From: Candidatus Obscuribacteraceae bacterium
GTDB taxonomy: Bacteria; Cyanobacteriota; Vampirovibrionia; Obscuribacterales; Obscuribacteraceae
DNA length: 64,000 bases
Direction: 5' to 3'
Assembly: GCA_044229845.1 (NCBI GenBank)
Contig: JBGASG010000001.1
Coordinates: 800,001-864,000, forward strand
Positions within the stretch are counted from its first letter, which is position 1. Every line of letters begins with the position of its first letter. The notes beneath the pieces are model-generated. The model made no database searches. It saw nothing but the letters and a program-made list of their open reading frames with translations, and was not told the origin of the DNA. Positions 29,785 through 38,906 of this stretch are shown here, one piece after another. The position numbers were made by a program, and so were the translations under genes.

Positions 29785-32700
29785 GTGAAAAAGTTTTTCG
29801 AGCAGATATTGCAGAAACGTTCGTTCGTGCTCATTCTGGTGATGTTGCTGGTTGGTTGCGGCATCGCCGCTTACCAGAAATTGCCTCTGGAAGCCTATCC
29901 GGATATTGCCAACATGCAAGTGCGCGTGATCACGCAAGTGCCCGGCAAAGCCGCCGAAGAGGTTGAGAGGCTGGTGACCATTCCGCTCGAGAAAGAGTTG
30001 AATGGCATACCGCACAGCATGCCGCCGCGCTCCGTTTCGATTTTTGGTCTGTCGGTGATTACAGTTGTTTTCGATGACGACAGCGATCCCTACGTTGCAC
30101 GCCAGCAGGTTCTGGAGCGTATTGCTCAGGCTGATGTCCCGGACACCGTGCACCCTGAACTGGACCCCAATGCGTCCCCGGTCGGCGAGATCTATCGGTA
30201 CACCGTGGAGGGCAAAAACTGGTCGGCTATGGATCGCAAGGAAGTGCAGGACTGGCTTCTGACCCGCAAGTTCAAAAGCGTTCCCGGCATTGTCGACTCC
30301 ACAAGTTTTGGCGGACCCACGAAGATTTTTCAGATCGAGCTCGACCCGGTGCGTATGCACGCGCACAACTTGACGCAGGCTCAGGTTTTCGATGCGGTAG
30401 CCGAGGCGAATGGTTCGACCGGCGGTAGCTATCTGGTGCAGAACGGTCAGGATTACATGGTGCGGGGCATCGGACTTCTGCACAATGTGTCCGATATTGA
30501 AAATGTGGTGGTGGCAGCGACCAGCGAAGACGGCGTCCCTGTTTATGTCAAGGATGTCGCTGCCGTCTCGGTGGGCGCGGCGGTGCGCAAAGGGCAAGTC
30601 GGCAAGAACGAAGACGACGATGTGGTCGAGGGCATTTTGCTGATGCGGCGCGGCGAAAACCCTTCCAGCGCCATCGGCAATTTGCAGGACGCCTGGCCCG
30701 GCATTGCCGGTTCTATGCCGCCGGGGATGAAACTGGAACCGCTGTACGACCGCACGGCTCTGGTGCGTAAAACCATGGATACCATCGGACACAATGTCAT
30801 CGAGGGCATCATTCTGGTGGTGGTGCTGCTCATGGTGTTTCTCTTCTCTGTTCGCGGCTCGCTGGTCTGCGCAATGGTCATACCATTGGCATTGCTGACG
30901 GCATTCATTCTGCTCACCATATTCAAAGTGCCTGCCAATTTGCTCTCGCTTGGTGCTATCGACTTCGGCATCATCATCGATGGTGCGGTTGTGCTCCTGG
31001 AGAACATTCATCGCCACCTGCACACGCACAACGAAAAGCTTTCCGAAGCCATAGTCAATGCGGCCAGCGAGGTCGCGAAGCCGATTCTATTTTCGACTGC
31101 GATCATCTTTTTGACGTTTCTGCCAATCTTGTCATTCGACGGTGTGGAGGGGAAATTATTCCGGCCGCTGGCGATCACGATGAACTTCAACCTGCTCGGT
31201 GCCGTGCTGGCGACCATGGTGGCGATGCCGGTCTTCTGCTATCTGGCTTATGTATGGCGCGCCGCCAGCGAACGAGAAAGCCCGATTACCGTGCGGCTTG
31301 AACGCGGCTACGAGCGGCTGCTTGCCTGGTCGATGAAAAACAGACTGATCGTTGTCGGCATCGCCGGCGGCGTAATAGCCACTTCGATGGTGCTGTTGCC
31401 TTTCCTGGGATCGGAATTTCTTCCGGAACTGGAAGAGGGGAATATCTGGATGCGGGCAACGGTGCTGCCCACCAGCGTGTCGCTCGATGAATCAGTGGCG
31501 AAGGCGCACATCATACGTGAGGTGTTGCGGTCGTATCCGGAAGTGACCAATGTCATATCGCAAATCGGCTCTCCGGACGACGGGACGGATCCCAACACGT
31601 ACAACAATATCGAGTTTCTTGTCGACCTCAAACCTCAGGACGACTGGCGCCCGCAGTTCAAGACGAAACAGCTGCTGGTGCAATCCATGAGCCGCGCGCT
31701 CAACGAGCGCGAGCCCGGCGTTCTTTATAACTTCTCCCAGTACATCAAAGACAACATGGATGAAACCATCGGTGGCGTCAAAGGTGAATTTGGTGCCAAG
31801 TTGTACGGACCGGACTTGAAGGTTCTGACGAAACTGGCGTCGCAAATCAAGAAGGCCTGCAACAGTGTCGACGGCATGGTCGACGTTTCTCACGATGAAT
31901 TGATCGGACAGCCGCAAGTGACCATCACCATCGATCAGTCACGGGCAGCTCGCTATGGTATCAATGCCAAGACAATTCTAGATATTGTCGAGACTTCTGT
32001 TGGCGGCAAAGAATGCACACGCGTAATTGACGGTGAGAAACGCTTTGCCGTGTTCATGCGATTCCAGAAGGACGCCCGCCAGGACCCGGCTCAGTTGCAC
32101 AACATTTTGGTGCCGGCCGCCGGGGGGCAGAAGGTGCCGCTTTGCCAGGTTGCTTCCATAACCACTGATGATGGCGCCACCGCCATTTTGCGCGAGAGCA
32201 ACGAACGACGCATGGCTGTTAAGGCGAATATTCGGGGACGCGATCTGGGCAGCGCAGTCAAGGAAGCCCAGCAAAAGATTACCAAAGACGTGATATTGCC
32301 GCCCGGTTATCGGCTGGTCTACAGCGGTCAATTCGATCGAGCGCAACACGCTCTCGGGCGCCTGGCAGTGGTGGTGCCGGCGACGCTGGCGCTGATCTTC
32401 CTGCTTCTCTACATCGCATTCGATTCAACCGCCATCACCGCGACCATTATGTCGGTGGTGCCGTTGGCTGCCGCCGGCGGCATCATGGCGCTGTTTTTGA
32501 CCGGCACTCATTTCAGCATCTCGGCCGGTGTGGGCTTCATCGCCCTGTTTGGTGTCTGTATTCAGAACGGCGTGATTCTGGTTTCTAAAATCGGCGAGAA
32601 CATCAAGGCCAATATGTCGATGGAAGAGGCGGTATTCGACGGTGCCTTGATGCGCATGCGTCCCGTGCTGGTCGCCACCCTGGTGGCGATGGCAGGGCTG

Positions 32701-32922
32701 GTGCCGGCGGCGCTGGCAACCGGCATCGGATCGCAGAGCCAACGGCCGTTCGCCATCGTGATTGTCGGCGGATTACTGCCGGCGACGCTCTTAGCTTTAA
32801 TGCTGATTCCCGCCCTCTATCTCTGGGTGGGAGCAAAGAAGACAGCTCGTGCTGCGGCATTTGAAGCCGAGTCTCAGCGCGACCAGGTAGCCACAGTTGG
32901 GGCAAGTTTAACGGAAGTGTAA
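29785..32922 (+). CDS. CusA/CzcA family heavy-metal efflux RND transporter
   Basis: EAYPDI, LLSLGAIDFGIIIDGAVV, GSEFLPELEEG, RMRPVL; 1045 aa. Confidence 0.96.
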   Translation: MKKFFEQILQKRSFVLILVMLLVGCGIAAYQKLPLEAYPDIANMQVRVITQVPGKAAEEVERLVTIPLEKELNGIPHSMPPRSVSIFGLSVITVVFDDDSDPYVARQQVLERIAQADVPDTVHPELDPNASPVGEIYRYTVEGKNWSAMDRKEVQDWLLTRKFKSVPGIVDSTSFGGPTKIFQIELDPVRMHAHNLTQAQVFDAVAEANGSTGGSYLVQNGQDYMVRGIGLLHNVSDIENVVVAATSEDGVPVYVKDVAAVSVGAAVRKGQVGKNEDDDVVEGILLMRRGENPSSAIGNLQDAWPGIAGSMPPGMKLEPLYDRTALVRKTMDTIGHNVIEGIILVVVLLMVFLFSVRGSLVCAMVIPLALLTAFILLTIFKVPANLLSLGAIDFGIIIDGAVVLLENIHRHLHTHNEKLSEAIVNAASEVAKPILFSTAIIFLTFLPILSFDGVEGKLFRPLAITMNFNLLGAVLATMVAMPVFCYLAYVWRAASERESPITVRLERGYERLLAWSMKNRLIVVGIAGGVIATSMVLLPFLGSEFLPELEEGNIWMRATVLPTSVSLDESVAKAHIIREVLRSYPEVTNVISQIGSPDDGTDPNTYNNIEFLVDLKPQDDWRPQFKTKQLLVQSMSRALNEREPGVLYNFSQYIKDNMDETIGGVKGEFGAKLYGPDLKVLTKLASQIKKACNSVDGMVDVSHDELIGQPQVTITIDQSRAARYGINAKTILDIVETSVGGKECTRVIDGEKRFAVFMRFQKDARQDPAQLHNILVPAAGGQKVPLCQVASITTDDGATAILRESNERRMAVKANIRGRDLGSAVKEAQQKITKDVILPPGYRLVYSGQFDRAQHALGRLAVVVPATLALIFLLLYIAFDSTAITATIMSVVPLAAAGGIMALFLTGTHFSISAGVGFIALFGVCIQNGVILVSKIGENIKANMSMEEAVFDGALMRMRPVLVATLVAMAGLVPAALATGIGSQSQRPFAIVIVGGLLPATLLALMLIPALYLWVGAKKTARAAAFEAESQRDQVATVGASLTEV

Positions 32923-32924
32923 TT

Positions 32925-34256
32925 ATGAAAACGTCAAGCAACAGATTGATTTTTACACTGGCAACTTTGAGTTTGATGGTTCTGCCTTTGAGCGGTTGCG
33001 GTCATGCCGGAGCGGGCGGCGGCAAGGCGGAAGCGCAGGCGCAGGCGCCGGCGGCAAGACTGGGAGCCTCTCAGGCGGAGACAACGGTGGTCCGCATCAC
33101 CCCCGATGAAGAGGCGACCATGAATATCCAGTTGGAACCCGTAGGGCGCCACACTCTGGATTTCGAGGTGAAAACAACGGGCGAAGTGCTGGCCAACTTG
33201 AATACGTTGACCCACGTCAATTCGCCGGTCACCGGCCGTGCCACCGAAGTGTTGGTATCACCCGGCATGCATGTGAATGCCGGACAACCGCTTCTCTATG
33301 TCAACTCGGCTGAATTGGAAGACGACGAAGCGACCCTGCTGCAGAACAAAGCGCAGGTGAGCGCTGACTTGAAACGTGACCTGGTACAGATCGATGCCGA
33401 CATCGCCCAGGCGCAGGCGGAGCTGAAATTGTCGGACGGTAATTTCAATCGCGTCAAAACGTTGGTTGATGAAAAGATAGCCTCTCAAGCGCAGTATGAA
33501 ACTGCTAAGACGGCATTCGAAAAGGACCAGATTGCTCTGGAGGGCTTGCGGAAGAAACGTGACAACACGCTGAGCCTGTCGGATGAACGCATGCGGCTTC
33601 TCACGCAACCGATCAAAACAAAGCTGAAACTTCTGGGCGTGAATGATGCCACCATCGCGAAGGTGCTGCGTACTAATCAAATAGATCCGGCAGTGCCGAT
33701 TGGTGCACCGGAGTCAGGCACCATTTCGGAACGAAAGATTAACAACGGCGAGCTGATCGACCAGGCGCGCTGTCTGTTTACGATTGGCGATTTCCGCAGT
33801 GTCTGGCTGAAAGCCGATATATACGAAAAGGACATTCCGAAAGTCGCTCAAAACGAGCAATGCGTGCTGCAAGTCGACAGCTTCCCGGGCGAAAAGTTTT
33901 ACGGCAAGATCGACTACATGGCTGATTCAGTTGATCCTGACAGCCGCACTTTGCTTGTGCGCGCCGATGTGTCCAATCCCGGACTGAAGTTGAAGCCTAA
34001 GATGTTCGGTGAAATGCAGATTCTCACCGGCAAGCAATCGATGCTCGCTATACCCAAAACCGCCGTTCAAGAAGCAGGATCGTATCAAGTGGTTTATGTA
34101 TTTTTGAAACCGGGCGCGTACGAAGAGCGCCGCGTCAAACTTGGTGCCGAAGCAGAAAATATGGTGGAAGTGATCGGCGGATTGCAGCCCGGGGAGCGGA
34201 TCGCGACGAACGGTAGTTTTGCACTGCGCGCGCAGGCGCTCAAAGAAGAAGACTAA
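32925..34256 (+). CDS. RND periplasmic adaptor (membrane fusion protein), lipoprotein
   Basis: Lipobox LSGC; SPVTGR, LKPKMFG, GLQPGERI. Confidence 0.93.
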   Translation: MKTSSNRLIFTLATLSLMVLPLSGCGHAGAGGGKAEAQAQAPAARLGASQAETTVVRITPDEEATMNIQLEPVGRHTLDFEVKTTGEVLANLNTLTHVNSPVTGRATEVLVSPGMHVNAGQPLLYVNSAELEDDEATLLQNKAQVSADLKRDLVQIDADIAQAQAELKLSDGNFNRVKTLVDEKIASQAQYETAKTAFEKDQIALEGLRKKRDNTLSLSDERMRLLTQPIKTKLKLLGVNDATIAKVLRTNQIDPAVPIGAPESGTISERKINNGELIDQARCLFTIGDFRSVWLKADIYEKDIPKVAQNEQCVLQVDSFPGEKFYGKIDYMADSVDPDSRTLLVRADVSNPGLKLKPKMFGEMQILTGKQSMLAIPKTAVQEAGSYQVVYVFLKPGAYEERRVKLGAEAENMVEVIGGLQPGERIATNGSFALRAQALKEED

Positions 34257-34441
34257 GGAATCATTATTGTTGGGCTCTAGAAGCGAACCGCCGGAGGAAT
34301 TCACGCGCTCCTCACGGCGGTTCGATATGTTGGAAATCGAACGTTATCCGAACAAACAAGTTACCAAAGGACTCGCTCCAAGACCAGTGATTGATTCTTC
34401 CAGCGAAGTCAGATCACACAAACGGTGGGGAGGAACCAACA

Positions 34442-34876
34442 GTGAAAGCGCCATTACAGATTCTTCTTGCGGAGGATAGCCCGGAAGCCGCCAGTCTTGT
34501 GAAGGAGGTGCTGATGGAGAGCAAGATTGCACATGTACTGAACGTCGCCGCAGACGGCGAAGAGGCGCTCGCCTTTCTACGGCAGCAACAGCCATTCGAT
34601 TACGCCTTGAGACCCGATGTCGTTTTGCTTGATCTCAACATGCCGAAAGTAGATGGCATGCAGGTCTTGAGCGAAATGAAAAACTCCGACCTCAAAGACA
34701 TTCCAGTCATTGTTTTAACCATGTCGACCAACGAGGAGGACATCGCCAGAGCGCTCGACTTAAAGATGAACTATTACATCCGCAAACCGGTCGACGCCAG
34801 ACGATTGACACCACTTCTGGAGGCAATTGGAGAACTGTGGGAAACATCCGGTTGCGACTACACACGCGACCAGTAA
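34442..34876 (+). CDS. Single-domain response regulator (Rcp1-like receiver)
   Basis: ILLAED, PDVVLLDLNMPKVDG, YIRKP; GGGGAGGA RBS before GTG. Confidence 0.92.
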   Translation: MKAPLQILLAEDSPEAASLVKEVLMESKIAHVLNVAADGEEALAFLRQQQPFDYALRPDVVLLDLNMPKVDGMQVLSEMKNSDLKDIPVIVLTMSTNEEDIARALDLKMNYYIRKPVDARRLTPLLEAIGELWETSGCDYTRDQ

Positions 34877-34941
34877 CCAGTGAGGAACCAAGCGACACAA
34901 CAATAAGTAGAAAGCATAAGTAAAGAAAAGAGGCGATTACG

Positions 34942-35322
34942 ATGCACGAAGTTCATTACATCTTTGCGGGAAATCCCCACACACCAGAACATGTTCTCTG
35001 CCAACTTTCGAAGCACGACGAAGAACGTGTGCGCCGGCGCGTAGCCGAGAATTCTACGGTTGCAGTGCACGTGCTTCAGAGATTGATGGAGGATCCCAGC
35101 CCTGAAGTGCGCAGTGCAGTGGCAAGCAACCCCAAGTTGCCGCCGGAATGCCTGCTCAGGCTGGCGCAAGATGAAAGTCCTGAAGTCCGCCTGGCAATTG
35201 CCGAGGACCTGACCGCACCACTGCTGGTGCTGAACTACCTGGCTCAGGACGAAAATCCCTATGTCGCGGCGCGTGCGCACGAAACGTTGCGACGGACGCG
35301 AACGACAGTTTACGAACACTAA
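34942..35322 (+). CDS. Small HEAT/LRV-repeat protein
   Basis: Repeated 24-aa units L..D....VR..VA.NP..P. Confidence 0.85.
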   Translation: MHEVHYIFAGNPHTPEHVLCQLSKHDEERVRRRVAENSTVAVHVLQRLMEDPSPEVRSAVASNPKLPPECLLRLAQDESPEVRLAIAEDLTAPLLVLNYLAQDENPYVAARAHETLRRTRTTVYEH

Positions 35323-35542
35323 TGCGAAGACTGATAAGGAGGTGATGTGCGCCAAAGAGCGAATCAAGCAAAAGTTCAGAAGGTCTACTAATTGGTCTAC
35401 ATGTACTTAGCAACACACTCACACATGCATGTAGAAAGAACGCTCATAACACACTCGCAACACCCCGCACGAACGGTTGCACACTAAGCCCACAGGAGGA
35501 AATCTATAGAAGCAAACTAGAAATTGCGTTGGACCGCAAGCG

Positions 35543-35573
35543 CGGGCGGGGCTTATGCCCCGCCCGTTTCTTT
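35543..35573 (+). terminator. Rho-independent terminator
   Basis: 10-bp stem CGGGCGGGGC/GCCCCGCCCG, loop TTAT, followed by TTTCTTT. Confidence 0.8.
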
Positions 35574-35622
35574 GTGTGTGACCAGTGCCACTTCTGCCAA
35601 CGCGTTTCTTTCCATTCACAAT

Positions 35623-35682
35623 TCAGGGGTTGCGTTAATCCATCTTTTTGCCTCGAAAATGATGGGTTAACGCAACCCTTGA
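35623..35682. repeat. 22-bp inverted repeat (REP/REPIN-like hairpin)
   Basis: tcaggggttgcgttaatccatc / gatgggttaacgcaacccttga; the two deviations are G-U pairs on the + strand. Confidence 0.8.
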
Positions 35683-35699
35683 TAACCGGCTCGAGGCTA

Positions 35700-35758
35700 A
35701 GCCAAAGCGAGATCGAGAGCCAACGCGAGATCGAGAGCCAAAGCGAGATCGAGAGCCA
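35700..35758. repeat. 18-bp tandem repeat AGCCAA(A/C)GCGAGATCGAG x3.3
   Basis: Units at 35700, 35718, 35736, partial at 35754. Confidence 0.9.
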
Positions 35759-35814
35759 TGCTCTCTGGCTACATGAGTGCGCTCGCTCGTCTCTCGTGTG
35801 CAAACTTTGGCTGG

Positions 35815-36570
35815 CTAGTTGCGGAAGCCTCCGGAAATGCGCCAGGTCTCACCGGTCACCCAGGACGCTTCGTCCGACGCCAGGAACACCGCCGCGGGGG
35901 CGATATCATCGACCTGCCCGACGCGTCCCAGTGGTGCAGCAGCTTCGTACACTTTGCGAAATTCGGCTTCCTCGCCGGCGATACCAGCTGACTGCACACC
36001 TTCCGTTATCACCATGCCTGGATTGATCGAGTTGACGCGAATCTTCTTGGGACCGAGTTCTGCCGACAATGTGCGTGTAATACTGTCGACAGCGGCCTTG
36101 GTTGCGCTGTACACCGCGGCCGATGGCATGGCCGAGTTGCTGGCTACCGAACTTATATTGATGATCGAGCCGCCCCTCTCGCCGAATTGCTTGGCGGCTT
36201 CTTTTGATGCCAGCAGCAAGCCGAGTACGTTGAGATTGAACATCTTATGGAAGTGTTCTTCACTGACCTCTTCCAGCGGCGAAAACTCGTACACACCGGC
36301 GTTGTTGACGAGGATATCGACGTTGCCCAGAGCTTTCTTCGTATCAGCAAAGAGGCGCGCGACGTCTTGCGGCTTGCTCAGGTCTGCCTGAATTGCCACC
36401 GCTTTGCCACCACCTTTGGTTATTTCTTCCACCACCTTGTCGGCGCCTGCTTTGCTGGAGGAGTAATTGACTGCTACATTGGCACCTTCGGCGGCGAGAT
36501 GTTTCGCAATGGACGCGCCAATTCCTTTGGAGGCTCCTGTGACGAGAGCCACCTTGTTTTTGAGTTTCAT
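35815..36570 (-). CDS. Short-chain dehydrogenase/reductase (SDR)
   Basis: TGASKGIG, NNAG, YSATK, INPG. Confidence 0.96.
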   Translation of the reverse strand: MKLKNKVALVTGASKGIGASIAKHLAAEGANVAVNYSSSKAGADKVVEEITKGGGKAVAIQADLSKPQDVARLFADTKKALGNVDILVNNAGVYEFSPLEEVSEEHFHKMFNLNVLGLLLASKEAAKQFGERGGSIINISSVASNSAMPSAAVYSATKAAVDSITRTLSAELGPKKIRVNSINPGMVITEGVQSAGIAGEEAEFRKVYEAAAPLGRVGQVDDIAPAAVFLASDEASWVTGETWRISGGFRN

Positions 36571-36649
36571 TTGTGTGATTCCTTTCGAGTTGACGAGTTG
36601 GGCTGGGGTTTTGGGCGGGGATTTCCTGGAATTGCAGCGAGCGGGAGCG

Positions 36650-37252
36650 CTACGGCTTTAGCACGTCTTCAAACATCAATTTGATGAAGACTTCCAGGGG
36701 TTCGGTATCTTTAACTGTTTTGGTACGCATCACTGCTCCGGACCAGCCGGAGAGAAATAGTTCGGCCGCGGCATCGGGAGTCCAGGACTTTTTGATCTCG
36801 CCAATTTCCTGCCCTTCGGCTATACATGCCGACACCATGTCGCGCCACTTTCTGACGACCTGCGATAGTTCTTGACGGAGACGTTCACTCTGGTCGGACA
36901 TTTCCTGGCTAAGGCTGCCAATGAAACATCCGTGTCTACACTCTTTGGCAGCTAGTTTTGCCTTGCCGTCTTCGCAGTAGCTGCGCAGGCGCTGAATAGG
37001 AGTTTCTTTGGGATTGCGCATCATGCGCAGCAGTTGGGCTGAATAATGTTGATCGTAGTGACGGATGATCTCGATGGCGTAGGTTTCTTTGCTGTCGAAG
37101 TAATGGTAGAAGGAGCCTTTCGGAACACCAAGTGCATTCAAGATTTCCTGGATGCCGGTGTTTGAATAACCTTTCTGCTGCATGATCTCCAGACCCACTT
37201 CCAGGAGGGCTGTGCGGGTCTCTTGCTTAGGGGCAGTCTTTGTCGTGCTCAT
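36650..37252 (-). CDS. TetR-family repressor, NemR-like
   Basis: HTH TGIQEILNALGVPKGSFYHYFDSKE; GCFIG Cys; start MSTTK lies downstream of a clear promoter. Confidence 0.92.
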   Translation of the reverse strand: MSTTKTAPKQETRTALLEVGLEIMQQKGYSNTGIQEILNALGVPKGSFYHYFDSKETYAIEIIRHYDQHYSAQLLRMMRNPKETPIQRLRSYCEDGKAKLAAKECRHGCFIGSLSQEMSDQSERLRQELSQVVRKWRDMVSACIAEGQEIGEIKKSWTPDAAAELFLSGWSGAVMRTKTVKDTEPLEVFIKLMFEDVLKP

Positions 37253-37298
37253 ATCGGTGGAATCCGTCTGCTGAGTTGTATGCGTGGACTCTATTAAT

Positions 37299-37327
37299 AG
37301 AATAGACCGGTCGGTCATATGTGTCAA
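37299..37327 (-). promoter_or_regulatory. Sigma70 promoter TTGACA-17-TATTCT with overlapping TetR operator
   Basis: Operator TAGACCGGTCGGTCAT at 37303-37318. Confidence 0.8.
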
Positions 37328-37399
37328 CGGCCGCTGGGGTCGGTTGGTGGCGTGGGCGCTGCTGGTCTCATACTTCAAAGTATCCACTGGTGCCATGTT

Positions 37400-37672
37400 C
37401 TAGGCTCCGATCGCTTCTTGTTCTCTGTGCAGGAGAATAGACCGGTCGTCTCTAATTAGGCCGTTAAATTTGGCGTTGAGAGCCAGTTCTAGCGGATGTC
37501 TGCGGATCTGTTCTTTTGTCACTCTGTCTTGTTCGTTCACCAGGTGACCGGTCCAGACAGCGCGTAGCTGTTCCTGGTTCTGATGCTGTTTTTCTGGGGT
37601 TTCCGGTTGGTCTTCGTATTCGGGGTACGTTTCGATGCCGAACGTATAGGTGGTTTCTTCTGTGTCAAACAT
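37400..37672 (-). CDS. Small acidic hypothetical protein (90 aa)
   Basis: GAGG RBS; own promoter-operator at 37709-37737. Confidence 0.6.
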   Translation of the reverse strand: MFDTEETTYTFGIETYPEYEDQPETPEKQHQNQEQLRAVWTGHLVNEQDRVTKEQIRRHPLELALNAKFNGLIRDDRSILLHREQEAIGA

Positions 37673-37708
37673 TGTTCTGAACCTCGGCGGTGTTGCTTTA
37701 ATACATCT

Positions 37709-37737
37709 AGAATAGACCGGTCGGTCTAATGCGTCAA
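37709..37737 (-). promoter_or_regulatory. Sigma70 promoter TTGACG-17-TATTCT with TAGACC-N4-GGTCTA operator
   Basis: TAGACCGGTCGGTCTA at 37713-37728. Confidence 0.8.
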
Positions 37738-38447
37738 GTCGCCCAAAAATGAACAGTTAACTCAACTGTAAGGCAAATAGGGTATGGCATATAGCCATTT
37801 TGAGTTCTTTAAGCAGATGCTTTAACTCGCGCGCCGCGCCACTTTATCAGCTTGCGTCAGTTTTGATGCAAGCAAGGCAAAATCTGCTTGCGAGATGGCT
37901 CCATAGAGGTGATCGGCAAGCAAAAAACCGGGTTCCTGCATCAAAACTGACGCAATGGTCTTGAATCCCAGGGCGCAACGGACTTTGGAACGCGTACATC
38001 TATATAAAAGGAAGGCGACACGCCGCGGCTGCTGCGCCGAATATATGTCGGCGCCTGGCTCTGGAGGCGACAATGCGTGAGATGACTTCTTCGGGGCACC
38101 GCGTGTGGTGCGCAGGTAAAATCGGTGATACGCTGGCGAAGGTCTACAGAAGCCAATCCCGGAGTGTTGCGCTTTCGTTGCAATTGTCCAACACGCGTGT
38201 TGGATGTACAGGATAACCCCGAAAACACTGGGGTTTTGCAAGCAAAGATTCACTTGCAAACCCGCCCCAAATCGGCTTGCAGGGGCTAGATTAGTATGTG
38301 AACCGTCAATGGTTTTGCTCGTTTTCTCCCACTTTCCCGTGTTGAACAATTGCTAGATCAGTCTGGGCGGGTGTACCGGGCAGATGGTTCGAAAAGGAAT
38401 CCCCATCAGGGGCGCAAGCTGGTTGCGCTCACTTCGAGGAGCGGTAA

Positions 38448-38858
38448 ATGACGCAGACCACTTCTGAAACGGTGCAAAGATCGCGGTTGCTTCTCGCAGA
38501 GTACGCAGAAACATCCGCGGAACTTTTGTCCGTGTTGGCGAGAGATCCTATAAGTGAGGTTCGACTCGCGGTGGCAGAAAACCCTGCCACGCCACACTCT
38601 CTCCTGGAGTTGCTGGCACTTGATGAAGATCCGGATGTCCGTTGGGCAATGGCTTCTAATCCGCAGCTTCCACCCGGTATCTTAGTCCTGCTGGCGCAGG
38701 ACGATAACCCATATGTCGCGCATCGCGCATCGCGCACGATGTCCAAGTTAGCTGCAGCAACTGAAAACCGCGTGGCCAGATTTCCCGATCGCTGGACTCA
38801 AGATCGAGATCGCACGCAACAACTCGCTGCAATCGGACCGAGGGCGGCACTGGGCTAG
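38448..38858 (+). CDS. Small HEAT/LRV-repeat protein, paralog of 34942..35322
   Basis: GAGGAG RBS; LAQDDNPYVAHRA versus LAQDENPYVAARA. Confidence 0.85.
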   Translation: MTQTTSETVQRSRLLLAEYAETSAELLSVLARDPISEVRLAVAENPATPHSLLELLALDEDPDVRWAMASNPQLPPGILVLLAQDDNPYVAHRASRTMSKLAAATENRVARFPDRWTQDRDRTQQLAAIGPRAALG

Positions 38859-38906
38859 GCGGGACCCAGGAGATGTTTACAGACTCACCTTGAGCAGGAA
38901 ACATCT

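Noticed and set aside
29698..31029. Long antisense ORFs (also 43489..44457, 46907..47965, 25286..26455, 59548..60573)
   Set aside because: Shadow frames overlapping better-supported genes in GC-rich DNA, with no recognisable motifs.
35700..35758. Possible CRISPR mini-array
   Set aside because: Contiguous 18-bp units with no spacers and no cas genes.
36650..37396. 248-aa long form of the TetR
   Set aside because: The extension spans the promoter and operator; ATG 37252 fits the family length.
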